From NCBI GenBank assembly GCA_045106895.1, contig JBGCFM010000100.1, forward strand, positions 42,852 through 106,851: a stretch of DNA of 64,000 nt. Direction: 5' to 3'. The notes under the pieces are model-generated. The model worked only from the letters and a program-made list of their open reading frames with translations. It made no database searches and was not told the origin of the DNA. The DNA comes from Polyangiales bacterium. GTDB taxonomy: Bacteria; Myxococcota_A; Polyangia; Polyangiales; Houyiibacteriaceae. Below, piece after piece: positions 11,057 to 19,996 of this stretch (position 1 is the stretch's first letter; every line of letters begins with the position of its first letter). A program made the position numbers and the translations under genes.

Positions 11057-12043
11057 TTAGTTGCGTTTCGTGGGGCTGCTTTTCTTGGCAGAGAGAACCT
11101 GCCAATCGAGGTGCCCATCGGGTCCATCGCCGCAGCGAATGGCCGGAATCGGGGAGACATGAATGTCACAGAGGCCCGCGCTCTTGGCGAAGCGCGTGAG
11201 CTCTCGAGGCGAGAAGCCAAGCCAGGTGTCGGCTTGTTCGTCGCGCATGCTCTCGTCGCCGTGCGCGACGTAGTCAAGCACCAAGGCAACGCCTCCCGGC
11301 GCGACGAGTTCGGCAATCGCCGCCATGGCCGCAGTGGGCTTCGGCGCGTGGTGAAGCACGCGCGCGGCGAAGACGGCATCCGCGCCCCCTCGCTCCGCGA
11401 CGGCCTTCGCCACGGCATCGTCGCCAAGCTCTGCGTTGAAGACGGTGATGTGTGAGTAGTGACGTCTGGCGAGGCGCTCCTGCGTGGCGACGAGCTGCGC
11501 CTCGGAACGGTCGAATGCGATGACCTCGTCGAACACCGGAGCGATGACCTCGAGGAGAGACCCATCGCCGGTTCCAACGTCGACGGCGAGGCCGCGTTTT
11601 GAGATGAGCGGAGCGAGGGCGGAGAGGTACGCGCCGAGTTCGCTGGGCCAAGCGCTGCCATCTCCGCGCGCCTGGGCGAAGAAGTCTCGGGCCGGCGCCT
11701 CACGTGCGGCGAGAACGTCGGCGATGCGCGCCATGCTCTGGTCGTCTTCGCACAGAGAGTGTCCGGTTCGGAGCGCGTCACTCACGACAGCGTCGTTCTG
11801 TCTGGCTGGATTGAGGCGTACGTACACGCGCGTGCCCTGCTTACGTTCGACGAGCAGGCCTGCGCCGCGGAGGGGCTTCAGATGGCGAGAGACATTCGGC
11901 TGGCTTTCGCCGGTCAGCTCTGCGAGCTCACCGATGGCGAGCTCCTCCTGCGCGGAGAGGGCCAGGAGGCGAAGGCGGATCGGCTCAGCGAGGAGCTTGT
12001 AGAGCTCCCAACGAGGGGCCAGAACCGCTGCACTTGTTGGCAC
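11057..12043 (-). CDS. ArsR-family HTH fused to a SAM-dependent methyltransferase domain (SahR-type SAM-cycle regulator)
   Basis: [10 protein letters not shown]...[26 protein letters not shown] motif, LHHAP and WLGFS. Directly upstream of ahcY in the same orientation. Start GTG 12043 is inferred. Confidence 0.85.
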   Translation of the reverse strand: MPTSAAVLAPRWELYKLLAEPIRLRLLALSAQEELAIGELAELTGESQPNVSRHLKPLRGAGLLVERKQGTRVYVRLNPARQNDAVVSDALRTGHSLCEDDQSMARIADVLAAREAPARDFFAQARGDGSAWPSELGAYLSALAPLISKRGLAVDVGTGDGSLLEVIAPVFDEVIAFDRSEAQLVATQERLARRHYSHITVFNAELGDDAVAKAVAERGGADAVFAARVLHHAPKPTAAMAAIAELVAPGGVALVLDYVAHGDESMRDEQADTWLGFSPRELTRFAKSAGLCDIHVSPIPAIRCGDGPDGHLDWQVLSAKKSSPTKRN

Positions 12044-12051
12044 CCCAACTG

Positions 12052-12072
12052 TATATGCGCGAATACGCATGG
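12052..12072. promoter_or_regulatory. Candidate autoregulatory operator of sahR-ahcY (ATGCG-N6-CGCAT)
   Basis: Inverted repeat at 12055-12059 and 12066-12070, beside a minus-strand TACAGT -10-like hexamer (12048-12053). Confidence 0.45.
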
Positions 12073-12191
12073 ACGCAACTATTGATTTACTAGGCGTTTT
12101 TGGCCGCAAACCATCCCAGCTGGCGTTTCCGGGCGCAGAATGCACTAAGTACGGGAATGCCCAGACGCCCTCCCACCCCCTCTCCGAGGCG

Positions 12192-13541
12192 ATGAGCCTG
12201 CGAACCCGCCTGGCCGCGCTCTGGCTCGTGGTGCCGCTCTTTGGATGCGTGGATAGCGAGAGGATCTACGTTGAGGTCGGCGCCGGGGTGGCCATGAGCG
12301 CCGGGGCCACGGTGCTCCTTTGCTTTGGCTTGGCCGCTGCGTGGCGCCGCTGGAAAGGGCGAAACAGAAGCGACACGGTCTTCGCTCGTGTGGTGAGCCG
12401 GACGCTTATCGGGCTCGCCCTTGTCATCCTCGTCATCGCAACTCTTGGCTTGCTTCGCGTAGCCGTCATCGGGCGACCTCTGGCACTAACGGGATACATT
12501 TGGCTCTACGCCTCGCCTTTGATCTGGGCCGCCATCCTCGTCTACGAAGCGCGGATCCGAGAACACACGTCTGCGCTTCGGGGGACGTTGTGGGCCACGC
12601 TTGCCTACGTGCTTCTCTTCAGCGCGGTGTGCGTGACGTTCTGGCCGGGCCCTCGGATCCCGTCCGCCGCCGTCGTGGAAATCGCCGTCTCGAGACAGAG
12701 CGTATGTGAACGCTTCGACGGAGGCGAGGTCGTCTGTCGCGGCGTCCAACAAGGCGCGCCCGGGCGCTGGCCTATTCCCATCGACGCTCCGAGCGCCGAC
12801 GCCATCTACCTGGTGAATGGACAAGCCTGCTTGCGAACAAGTACGCCCCCCAGCGAAGTGTGGTGCTGGACGCAGGCGACACCCAGCCGACAAGAGACGT
12901 CGCTGGATCCGGTGGCGGCTCGCGCGTCCTGGATAGTCAGGCATGAAACGCTCGAGCGCGCCCTCCATGAAGCGGAGGAAAGGTCGTTCAGCCCAAGCCG
13001 CGCCTGCCTCATCAAAGACCAACAAGTTCAGTGCGCGACGGCGCCGGGATTCTCAGCGGAGCCCCCATCGCTTCGCCCGGTGCAGGCGCTCTCACCCGCG
13101 GACCATGTTGTGGTGGACGGCGAAGCGGCCTGTTCGTGGCTTGGACCTTTGGTGCGGTGCGATGGAGCGCAAGCTGCCGGAGAGTTCCGCTTCGAGGCCA
13201 ACGTAGAGAATGTCACGCTCGGACGCTCGCACGCCTGCGCGCTCTCGGACAAAGAGGTTCACTGCTGGGGGCTCGGTCGCAACGGTGCTCTCGGCACGGG
13301 CACCGAGGAAGACCAAGCTGCGCCGGAGCGGGTCGACCTCGACGACGTCGAGCAGTTGGCTGGGGCTGGTACATTCACCTGCGCAAGGACAGGTGGCGAA
13401 GACGGCGCGAACTATTGCTGGGGCATCGCACCTCCGAGGGTCACCTTCAATGAGGAGCCTACGCGAGTCCCAAACCGCCGTCTCCGCGACATCTTTCGTC
13501 GGCAGGTTTTCCGCGCTCGGCCAACGCTGTTGAGGCAATGA
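12192..13541 (+). CDS. Membrane protein with C-terminal RCC1/BLIP-II-like repeats
   Basis: Several N-terminal TM helices; C-terminal LGRSHACAL...VHCWGLGRNGALG and GAGTFTCAR...YCWG repeats. Confidence 0.65.
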   Translation: MSLRTRLAALWLVVPLFGCVDSERIYVEVGAGVAMSAGATVLLCFGLAAAWRRWKGRNRSDTVFARVVSRTLIGLALVILVIATLGLLRVAVIGRPLALTGYIWLYASPLIWAAILVYEARIREHTSALRGTLWATLAYVLLFSAVCVTFWPGPRIPSAAVVEIAVSRQSVCERFDGGEVVCRGVQQGAPGRWPIPIDAPSADAIYLVNGQACLRTSTPPSEVWCWTQATPSRQETSLDPVAARASWIVRHETLERALHEAEERSFSPSRACLIKDQQVQCATAPGFSAEPPSLRPVQALSPADHVVVDGEAACSWLGPLVRCDGAQAAGEFRFEANVENVTLGRSHACALSDKEVHCWGLGRNGALGTGTEEDQAAPERVDLDDVEQLAGAGTFTCARTGGEDGANYCWGIAPPRVTFNEEPTRVPNRRLRDIFRRQVFRARPTLLRQ

Positions 13542-13706
13542 CGCTGGCCGCCCGCCGCCGCCGTTGCCCTCAGAGCACTGATTTGAGCCTTGGCTTTTTC
13601 GGCATTTTTCGCCTCTTGAACGAGTTTATGGGCACGAAATGCGGCGTAGTTAGGCAAGTCTTGCTCGATATTCGAGGGGAGATGACCAAAATCAGAGACA
13701 AATGCC

Positions 13707-13722
13707 TGGCACGTCCACTGCA
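13707..13722 (+). promoter_or_regulatory. Sigma-54 (-24/-12) promoter
   Basis: TGGCACG-TCCA-CTGCA with exactly 10 nt between GG and GC, 88 bp upstream of the ATG at 13810. Confidence 0.7.
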
Positions 13723-13809
13723 CTAGCGCGTTGTACTTTTATCCAAGACCGCATACACACGGCGCACTGCTGCTCGTCCCACAACGACGAGCACACGAAA
13801 AGGAACACC

Positions 13810-14262
13810 ATGAAGAAGATTCTCCTCATCACGCTCGCCTCCACTCTCTTCGCTTGTGGCGGCGGTGGCGGCGACGCTGTCGCGCTCGCTCCTGGCTTCA
13901 CGGCACCCAACATGGTCGAAGGCCGCGCGGGCGGACTCACGGACGCCTCCTCCCTCGGCGAGGGTTGCATCGGCAGCATCGCGTCGGACCCGGACCACGT
14001 CATGACGCTCAGCGCCGCGATTCCAAACCTTCGAATCTTCGCCACCGCTGGCGAGGACATCACCCTTGTCATTCAGCAGCCCGACGGCTCCTACATCTGC
14101 AACGATGACACCGAAGGCCTCAACCCCCTCGTGACTCAGCCTTCCTTCGCCGCTGGTGAGTACAAGATCTGGGTCGGCAGCTACTCCACCGAAGAAGGCG
14201 GAGCTGCATACAAGCTCGGCTTCTCCGAGGACGCAGCAGCGATGCCTTCCTCCCTTCAGTAG
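13810..14262 (+). CDS. Small lipoprotein with a single PPC-like (CNDD) domain
   Basis: AGGA SD, lipobox LFAC, and PDHV...TLVIQQPDGSYICNDD...GEYKIWVGSY. It has its own promoter and terminator. Confidence 0.75.
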   Translation: MKKILLITLASTLFACGGGGGDAVALAPGFTAPNMVEGRAGGLTDASSLGEGCIGSIASDPDHVMTLSAAIPNLRIFATAGEDITLVIQQPDGSYICNDDTEGLNPLVTQPSFAAGEYKIWVGSYSTEEGGAAYKLGFSEDAAAMPSSLQ

Positions 14263-14275
14263 GCCTCTCGGCTAC

Positions 14276-14310
14276 GCGAAAAGGCACATCTTCGGATGTG
14301 CCTTTTTTGC
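14276..14310 (+). terminator. Rho-independent terminator with a cUUCGg tetraloop
   Basis: AAAAGGCACATC-TTCG-GATGTGCCTTTTTT perfect stem with a U-tract. Confidence 0.92.
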
Positions 14311-14347
14311 TTTAAGCACCCATTGCTCGTCCTGCACCACCGTGGCA

Positions 14348-15586
14348 GTGAACCCCGTGCGCCTTCTAGCCCTTCTCTTGTTGTGCGGTTGTTACGTATC
14401 CCACTACCCCGAAGACGCCAGCGTCGACGCGCCGGCGGACGTCTTTGACGCCGGCGTCGATTCCCGGGTCGTGGACGTTGGCCTTGATGTCCCCGTACTC
14501 ATCGAGCCGGATCGCCCCGTCACTGAGCGCTGCGACCTGACTCGGCCGCCAACCTTCGCCGGCGAACTGCCTGCGGAGTGCAATCTCACTGGAGCCGGCG
14601 ACAACGACGACGACGGCTTCAGCAACGAGGCGGACTGCAACGACTGCTCGCCACAGGTGAACCCGGGAGCATTCGAGATCCCGGGCAACGGCGTCGACGA
14701 AGACTGCGATGGACGCGACGTCTACCGCTGCGAGGACGTCGCCGAGTCGCCGGACGCCTTCGCCGCAGCACGCGCCATCGGCCTCTGTGAACGAACGACG
14801 GCAAGCGAACGCGAGTGGGGCGTTCTCGATGCGCGCATCACGCGGGCCAACGGCGAAGGGGCCCCCGAGGGGTTTCAGTGGGAGATCCTCGAGCGCCTCG
14901 GCGCCGCCACGCCGCGAATCGGCGACGCTATGCTCTCATTGTCCAACGCCTCCGCCGGAGAGATCGGAGTCGCCGCCAACCGCTGCCAAGAGATCGTCGA
15001 TGACGGCGATGCGCGCCCCGAACCGACCCCTCCGGGACACCCTTACCCGTCGACATCTTGCCCTGGCGCCGGGAACGGCGACGTCCTTCAGTCCGCCGCG
15101 CTTGAGGTGCGACTCCGCGTCCCGACGAACGCGGCGGGCTACCGCGTTGGGACGAACTTCTACACGCGCGAGTTCCCGGACTTCGTCTGTGATCGCTTCA
15201 ACGACGCCTTCGTGATCCTCGAAGAACGCGAAGGTACTTGGCGTAACGTCGCCTTCGACGCCGAAGGCAACACCATCAGCGTCAACAACGCGCTTCTCGA
15301 AGTGTGCCGGCCGGGAACGCATCGTGGACGCCGCTTCGACTGCGCTGAGGGAGCAGCAGCTCTGAGCGGCACGGGATTTGACCTCGACTGCAGCCGTCCA
15401 CCCACGCGGGAGACGCCGGGGGGCGCGACGGGTTGGATCTGCACCGATGTTCCTGCTTCCCCGGGCGAGATCATCACGCTCCGCTTTGCCATTTGGGACA
15501 CAGGCGACCCCTACCTTTCTTCCTTGGCCCTCATCGACGGGTTCAGCTGGTTGCCCGCGCGTTTTCAAAGCGTGTCCCCCGAGTAG
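14348..15586 (+). CDS. Cys-rich lipoprotein with a putative metal-binding (MopE-like) motif and a choice-of-anchor-L-like domain
   Basis: Lipobox LCGC; DCNDCSPQVNPGAFEIPGNGVDEDCDG motif; EFPDFVCDRFNDAF and LRFAIWDTGD...LIDGFSW. Start is approximate. Confidence 0.65.
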   Translation: MNPVRLLALLLLCGCYVSHYPEDASVDAPADVFDAGVDSRVVDVGLDVPVLIEPDRPVTERCDLTRPPTFAGELPAECNLTGAGDNDDDGFSNEADCNDCSPQVNPGAFEIPGNGVDEDCDGRDVYRCEDVAESPDAFAAARAIGLCERTTASEREWGVLDARITRANGEGAPEGFQWEILERLGAATPRIGDAMLSLSNASAGEIGVAANRCQEIVDDGDARPEPTPPGHPYPSTSCPGAGNGDVLQSAALEVRLRVPTNAAGYRVGTNFYTREFPDFVCDRFNDAFVILEEREGTWRNVAFDAEGNTISVNNALLEVCRPGTHRGRRFDCAEGAAALSGTGFDLDCSRPPTRETPGGATGWICTDVPASPGEIITLRFAIWDTGDPYLSSLALIDGFSWLPARFQSVSPE

Positions 15587-15609
15587 GGCTCCTTTGCTAA
15601 GCTCCCCGC

Positions 15610-17427
15610 GTGTCGCAGGAAGACGGAACCCAGCTCGAAGCGATTCGGCAGACTCTCGCGGCCCTTGGTGTTCAAGACACCCATCTCGCGGAAGCCACCA
15701 TTGGCGGCCTCCCAAACGGGACCACCAGCGAGGACCTCGAAAACGCCAAACTCTCGGATGTTGAAGCTCAGGGAGACGATGAGTTCGTCATCCGCGAGGA
15801 GCTCGGGCGAGGCGGCATGGGCATCGTAGAGCTTGCGACACAGCGCGCCCTCAATCGCGAAGTAGCCATCAAGCGCCTCATCTCGCCGAGCCCGCCACAC
15901 GTCGCGGCCCTCCTCCGCGAGGCGACCATCGCGGGCCAACTGGAACATCCAAACATCGTTCCCGTGCACGCACTCGTCACCACCGGCGAGGGCCCAAGCG
16001 TCGTGATGAAGCGGGTGTCGGGCACGGACTGGCAGGTCTTGATTCGAGGCGGCGAGACCCCCCTTGAGACGCACATCGACGTGCTCATTCAGCTCTGCCG
16101 CGCCCTCAGTTTTGCCCACAGTCGAGATGTCGTGCACCGAGACATCAAACCCGCGAACGTGATGATCGGCGAGTACGGAGAGGTGTACCTCGTTGACTGG
16201 GGCCTCGCACGGAGGCTCACGAACGGTAAGCTCAAAAACAAACGCATGGCTGGAACGCCGGCGTACATGGCGCCGGAGATGGTCAGCGGCAGCATCGACG
16301 CGCGCACGGATGTGTACCTTCTGGGGAGCTGCCTGCATGAGGTGCTCGTTGGCGTGCCTCGACACGTCGCCGAGTCCGTCATGGAGGTCGTCATGGCGGC
16401 ACAGGACTCAAAGCCGGCGGCCTACCCTCCTTCGGTGCCGGCGGAGCTCGCCGCCATCTGCAACCGAGCATGCAGTCGTGACCCAGAGCGTCGCTACGCA
16501 AGCGCGAGTGACCTAAGACAAGCGCTTCAGAGCTACCTCAAGCACCGCGCAGCGACAGAACTCGTCCGCGTCGCCGAGGAACGCGTCACAGAGCTCACTG
16601 CGCTAGCCCGCGAAAGCGAATATCGGCGAGCCCAACAGCTCTTCCATGAAGCCCGCTTCGGGTTCGAGCAGGCGCTCGCGGCTTGGCCCGCGTCGGCGCG
16701 TGCGCAGCAAGGCCGCGAAGAGTGCCTGAACTGGATGGCGGAGTACGAGCTGGAGTGCGGCCACGAAAAGAACGCCTCAGCGCTCGTCGATGCGATGAAA
16801 GACCCATCGCAGAAGCTCCGGCGAGACCTCGCGGAGCTTCAAACGGAACTCAGCGACGAACGACGGCGCGTGCAGAAGCTCAAGCTGGACCGAGATCCCC
16901 AGGCCGGCGCAGCGGAACGTAGCCGGGCCACTCTTTGGCTCGCCGTTGCCATCGTCGTCCTCGTGCTGGCGTTCGGCTCCGTTCGCGCGTTCTTTCCAAA
17001 CTACGCCACAAGCAAGATACGTCTACCCCTCGTCGCCGCCGTCGTCCTCGGCATCGTGTCCGCCACGATCTGGCGCTGGCGAAAGACCGCGGCGCTCAAT
17101 CTGATCAACCGCCGTATCACGCAGGTCGTCCTCTCGACGCTCTCGCTCTCTTTCCTCAACCGCGTCCTCGACTACATCACAAATCGCGACCCCACCACCA
17201 CGCTTCACACGGACGCTCTCATCGTCCTCGGCGGCGGTCTCGCGCTGACCCCCTTTCACCGCGCCGGCCCAGGACTTGCGCTCCTCGCGGGGCTTGTCGC
17301 CTGCGTCGGTGCGCTTCGGCCGGCTTGGCTGGAGGCCATGTTTATCGGTCTCTCCCTCGCTGTGCCGCTGCTCTTTCTCGGCGTCCGTTTGAGACGCGGA
17401 GTCGACCTCAAAGAACCTCGCTTGTAA
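15610..17427 (+). CDS. Hanks-type Ser/Thr protein kinase with C-terminal TM helices
   Basis: LGRGGMG, VAIK, HPNIV, HRDIKPAN, DWG, GTPAYMAPE and DVYLLG motifs; hydrophobic C-terminal third. Confidence 0.92.
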   Translation: MSQEDGTQLEAIRQTLAALGVQDTHLAEATIGGLPNGTTSEDLENAKLSDVEAQGDDEFVIREELGRGGMGIVELATQRALNREVAIKRLISPSPPHVAALLREATIAGQLEHPNIVPVHALVTTGEGPSVVMKRVSGTDWQVLIRGGETPLETHIDVLIQLCRALSFAHSRDVVHRDIKPANVMIGEYGEVYLVDWGLARRLTNGKLKNKRMAGTPAYMAPEMVSGSIDARTDVYLLGSCLHEVLVGVPRHVAESVMEVVMAAQDSKPAAYPPSVPAELAAICNRACSRDPERRYASASDLRQALQSYLKHRAATELVRVAEERVTELTALARESEYRRAQQLFHEARFGFEQALAAWPASARAQQGREECLNWMAEYELECGHEKNASALVDAMKDPSQKLRRDLAELQTELSDERRRVQKLKLDRDPQAGAAERSRATLWLAVAIVVLVLAFGSVRAFFPNYATSKIRLPLVAAVVLGIVSATIWRWRKTAALNLINRRITQVVLSTLSLSFLNRVLDYITNRDPTTTLHTDALIVLGGGLALTPFHRAGPGLALLAGLVACVGALRPAWLEAMFIGLSLAVPLLFLGVRLRRGVDLKEPRL

Positions 17428-17431
17428 GTGG

Positions 17432-18112
17432 CTAGTTTTTCTTCGCGCGCTTCTTCGGCGCGTTCATCGCAAGCTCTTCGGCGATTCGTTTTTTCGAGGC
17501 TGCCCATCCGCAGATGGGGCACGTGGACAAATCGTGGCGACGCGCCGGGCAGTACTCACGTCCGAAGAAAATGATCTGCAGGTGCAGGTCATTCCAGATG
17601 GACTCATCGAAGAGTTTCTTCAGGTCTTTCTCCGTCGTCAGCACGTTCTTCCCGCTCGAAAGCCCCCAACGGGTGGCGAGGCGATGAATGTGTGTATCCA
17701 CAGGAAACGCCGGAACGCCGAACGCCTGAGCCACGACGACCTGAGCGGTCTTATGACCGACGCCGGGGAGCGCCTCGAGCTCTTCGAGGGTCTCGGGCAC
17801 CACGCCGCCATGGCGCTCCATGAGAAGCTCGCTGGCACGTTTGAGGTTTTTTGCCTTGGTCGGCGCAAGCCCCACCTGACGGATAAGCTCCCGAATCGCC
17901 TCGACGTCCATCGCGGCCATTTCCTTCGGCCCCGGAGCGGCCCGGAAGAGCGCCGGTGTCACCTCATTCACCTTTTTGTCCGTCGTTTGTGCGGAAAGTG
18001 CCACGGCGACGAGCAAGGTGAAGGGATCCGTGTGGTCCAGGGGAACAGGAACCTCTGGGTACAGGCGCTGCAGAATAGAGGCGATCTTCTTGGCTTTTTC
18101 CGCGCGCGTCAT
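17432..18112 (-). CDS. nth: Endonuclease III
   Basis: LSAQTTD, HhH LPGVGHKTA, PVDTHIHR and C-x6-C-x2-C cluster cysteines. Start at MTRAEK (18112). Confidence 0.93.
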   Translation of the reverse strand: MTRAEKAKKIASILQRLYPEVPVPLDHTDPFTLLVAVALSAQTTDKKVNEVTPALFRAAPGPKEMAAMDVEAIRELIRQVGLAPTKAKNLKRASELLMERHGGVVPETLEELEALPGVGHKTAQVVVAQAFGVPAFPVDTHIHRLATRWGLSSGKNVLTTEKDLKKLFDESIWNDLHLQIIFFGREYCPARRHDLSTCPICGWAASKKRIAEELAMNAPKKRAKKN

Positions 18113-18208
18113 AGGAGCGTTCGTACGGGCCAGTGAGGGAGCCCGCAAGGTCTGCGTTTCCACACGACACGATGCGGTTTGGCGGCAGAGCGTTGTAAGG
18201 TCCGCCCC

Positions 18209-19879
18209 ATGGCGGAAACCAGCAGCACCCAGAGCGAAACGAAACTCGAGACCACACCGGACACCTACCGGCATTGGAGCCTAAAGGTCGAAGGCGACAC
18301 AGCCCGTTTGACCATGAACGTACAGCCCGATGGCGGTCTTCGTCCGGACTACGAGCTCAAGTTGAATAGCTACGACCTCGGCGTCGATGTTGAGCTCTCG
18401 GATTCGATCCAGAGGCTCCGATTTGAGCACCCCGAGGTGAAGGTGCTTGTCGTGGACTCCGCCCTCGACCGTGTGTTCTGCGCCGGCGCGAATATTCCGA
18501 TGCTCAGTTCCTCGACGCACGCGTTCAAGGTGAACTTCTGCAAGTACACCAATGAGACGCGCCTCTACCTTGAGAACATGTCTTCGCAGAGCGGCATCAA
18601 GACCCTCGCCGCTCTCAATGGAACGTGCGCCGGCGGTGGATACGAGCTGGCCCTCGCCTGCGACGAGATCCTTCTCATCGACGACGGCTCGAGTGCCGTG
18701 AGTCTCCCGGAGGTTCCGCTCCTCGCTGTGTTGCCCGGAACCGGCGGACTGACGCGCGTCGTCGACAAGCGACGCGTCCGTCGCGACCAAGCAGACATCT
18801 TCTGCACCACCGCCGAAGGCATTCGCGGGAAGCGAGCTGTGGAATGGAACCTCGTCGACGCCATCGCACCGCGCAGCCGTTTCGCCGAAGCCGTCAAGGA
18901 ACGCAGCGAGAGCCTCGCGGCTGGAGCGCCGAGCGCGTCGAAGGGCCCCGGAATTTCGCTTCCCGCCGTCGCTCCACGCGTTGAAGACGGAACTCACCAC
19001 TACGAGTTCGTCGAGCTCAGCATCGATGACGACCAGCGCGTCGCGACACTCACCATGAAAGCGCCGACGGAATCCGCCCCCGCGGACGGCGCCGCGATTC
19101 AAGCCGCCGGCGCTGGGCAGTGGAACCTCAGGGCGTTCCGCGAGCTCGACCACGCTCTTCTTCGACTGCGCTTCGACTTCCCCGCCGTTGGCCTCGTTCT
19201 TCTGCACACGCGCGGAGACGCGGAGAAGGTCCTCGAACACGGCAACGCACTTTTGGCCAACCAAGACCATTGGCTCGCCAAGGAGATCCTGCTCCTCCAG
19301 GCGCGAGTCCTCCGGCGACTCGACCTTACCTCGCGTAGCTTCTTCGCCATCATCGACGAGGGCAGCTGCTTCGCAGGCACTCTTCTCGAGCTCGCCTTCG
19401 CCGCCGACCGCGCATACATGCTCGAAGACGACGACGAGGCCGTGACCTTGTGCCGAAGCGCAATCAACGGCGACGCCGAAACAGCGCACCTTCCAATGTC
19501 GAATGGCCTCTCGCGACTCCAGACTCGCTTCTTTGAGCGCGACGACGAGCTCAAAAAAGCCCTCTCCGCCGACGGTCCGATCGCCGCGAGCGCCGCGACG
19601 AAGCTTGGCCTTGTGACGGTCGCCGCAGACGACATCGACTGGGAAGACGACGTGCGCATCGCCATCGAAGAGCGAGCGTCCATGTCCCCGGATGCCCTCA
19701 CGGGGATGGAGGCGAGCCTTCGCTTTCCGGGCCCTGAGACCCTTGAGACAAAGATCTTTGCTCGTCTGAGCGCATGGCAAAACTGGATCTTCCAGCGCCC
19801 CAACGCGGTGGGTCCTGCGGGCGCCCTGACGAAGTACGGTCAGCCCGAACGCCCATCCTTCGACTGGCGACGCTGCTAG
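18209..19879 (+). CDS. boxC: 2,3-epoxybenzoyl-CoA dihydrolase
   Basis: YELKLNSYDLGVDVEL, FCAGANI, KVNFCKYTNETR, LPGTGGLTR and RLSAWQNWIFQRPNA motifs; tandem crotonase fold; adjacent to boxB. Confidence 0.93.
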   Translation: MAETSSTQSETKLETTPDTYRHWSLKVEGDTARLTMNVQPDGGLRPDYELKLNSYDLGVDVELSDSIQRLRFEHPEVKVLVVDSALDRVFCAGANIPMLSSSTHAFKVNFCKYTNETRLYLENMSSQSGIKTLAALNGTCAGGGYELALACDEILLIDDGSSAVSLPEVPLLAVLPGTGGLTRVVDKRRVRRDQADIFCTTAEGIRGKRAVEWNLVDAIAPRSRFAEAVKERSESLAAGAPSASKGPGISLPAVAPRVEDGTHHYEFVELSIDDDQRVATLTMKAPTESAPADGAAIQAAGAGQWNLRAFRELDHALLRLRFDFPAVGLVLLHTRGDAEKVLEHGNALLANQDHWLAKEILLLQARVLRRLDLTSRSFFAIIDEGSCFAGTLLELAFAADRAYMLEDDDEAVTLCRSAINGDAETAHLPMSNGLSRLQTRFFERDDELKKALSADGPIAASAATKLGLVTVAADDIDWEDDVRIAIEERASMSPDALTGMEASLRFPGPETLETKIFARLSAWQNWIFQRPNAVGPAGALTKYGQPERPSFDWRRC

Positions 19880-19996
19880 CGTCGGACCTGTAAGAAGGGA
19901 CCTGCAGAGTGTGGCGACTCACGCCACTGGGCCAATTCGGCCCCTCCAGTGAGTCGGCGCACGGCCCCGAGCCGTCGGTAGTCCCACAATCGGTGT

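Noticed and set aside
19916..19955. Hairpin between boxC and boxB (GACTCAC...GTGAGTC) as ncRNA or REP element
   Set aside because: Single copy, imperfect, no U-tract and no family features; at most an mRNA stability element.
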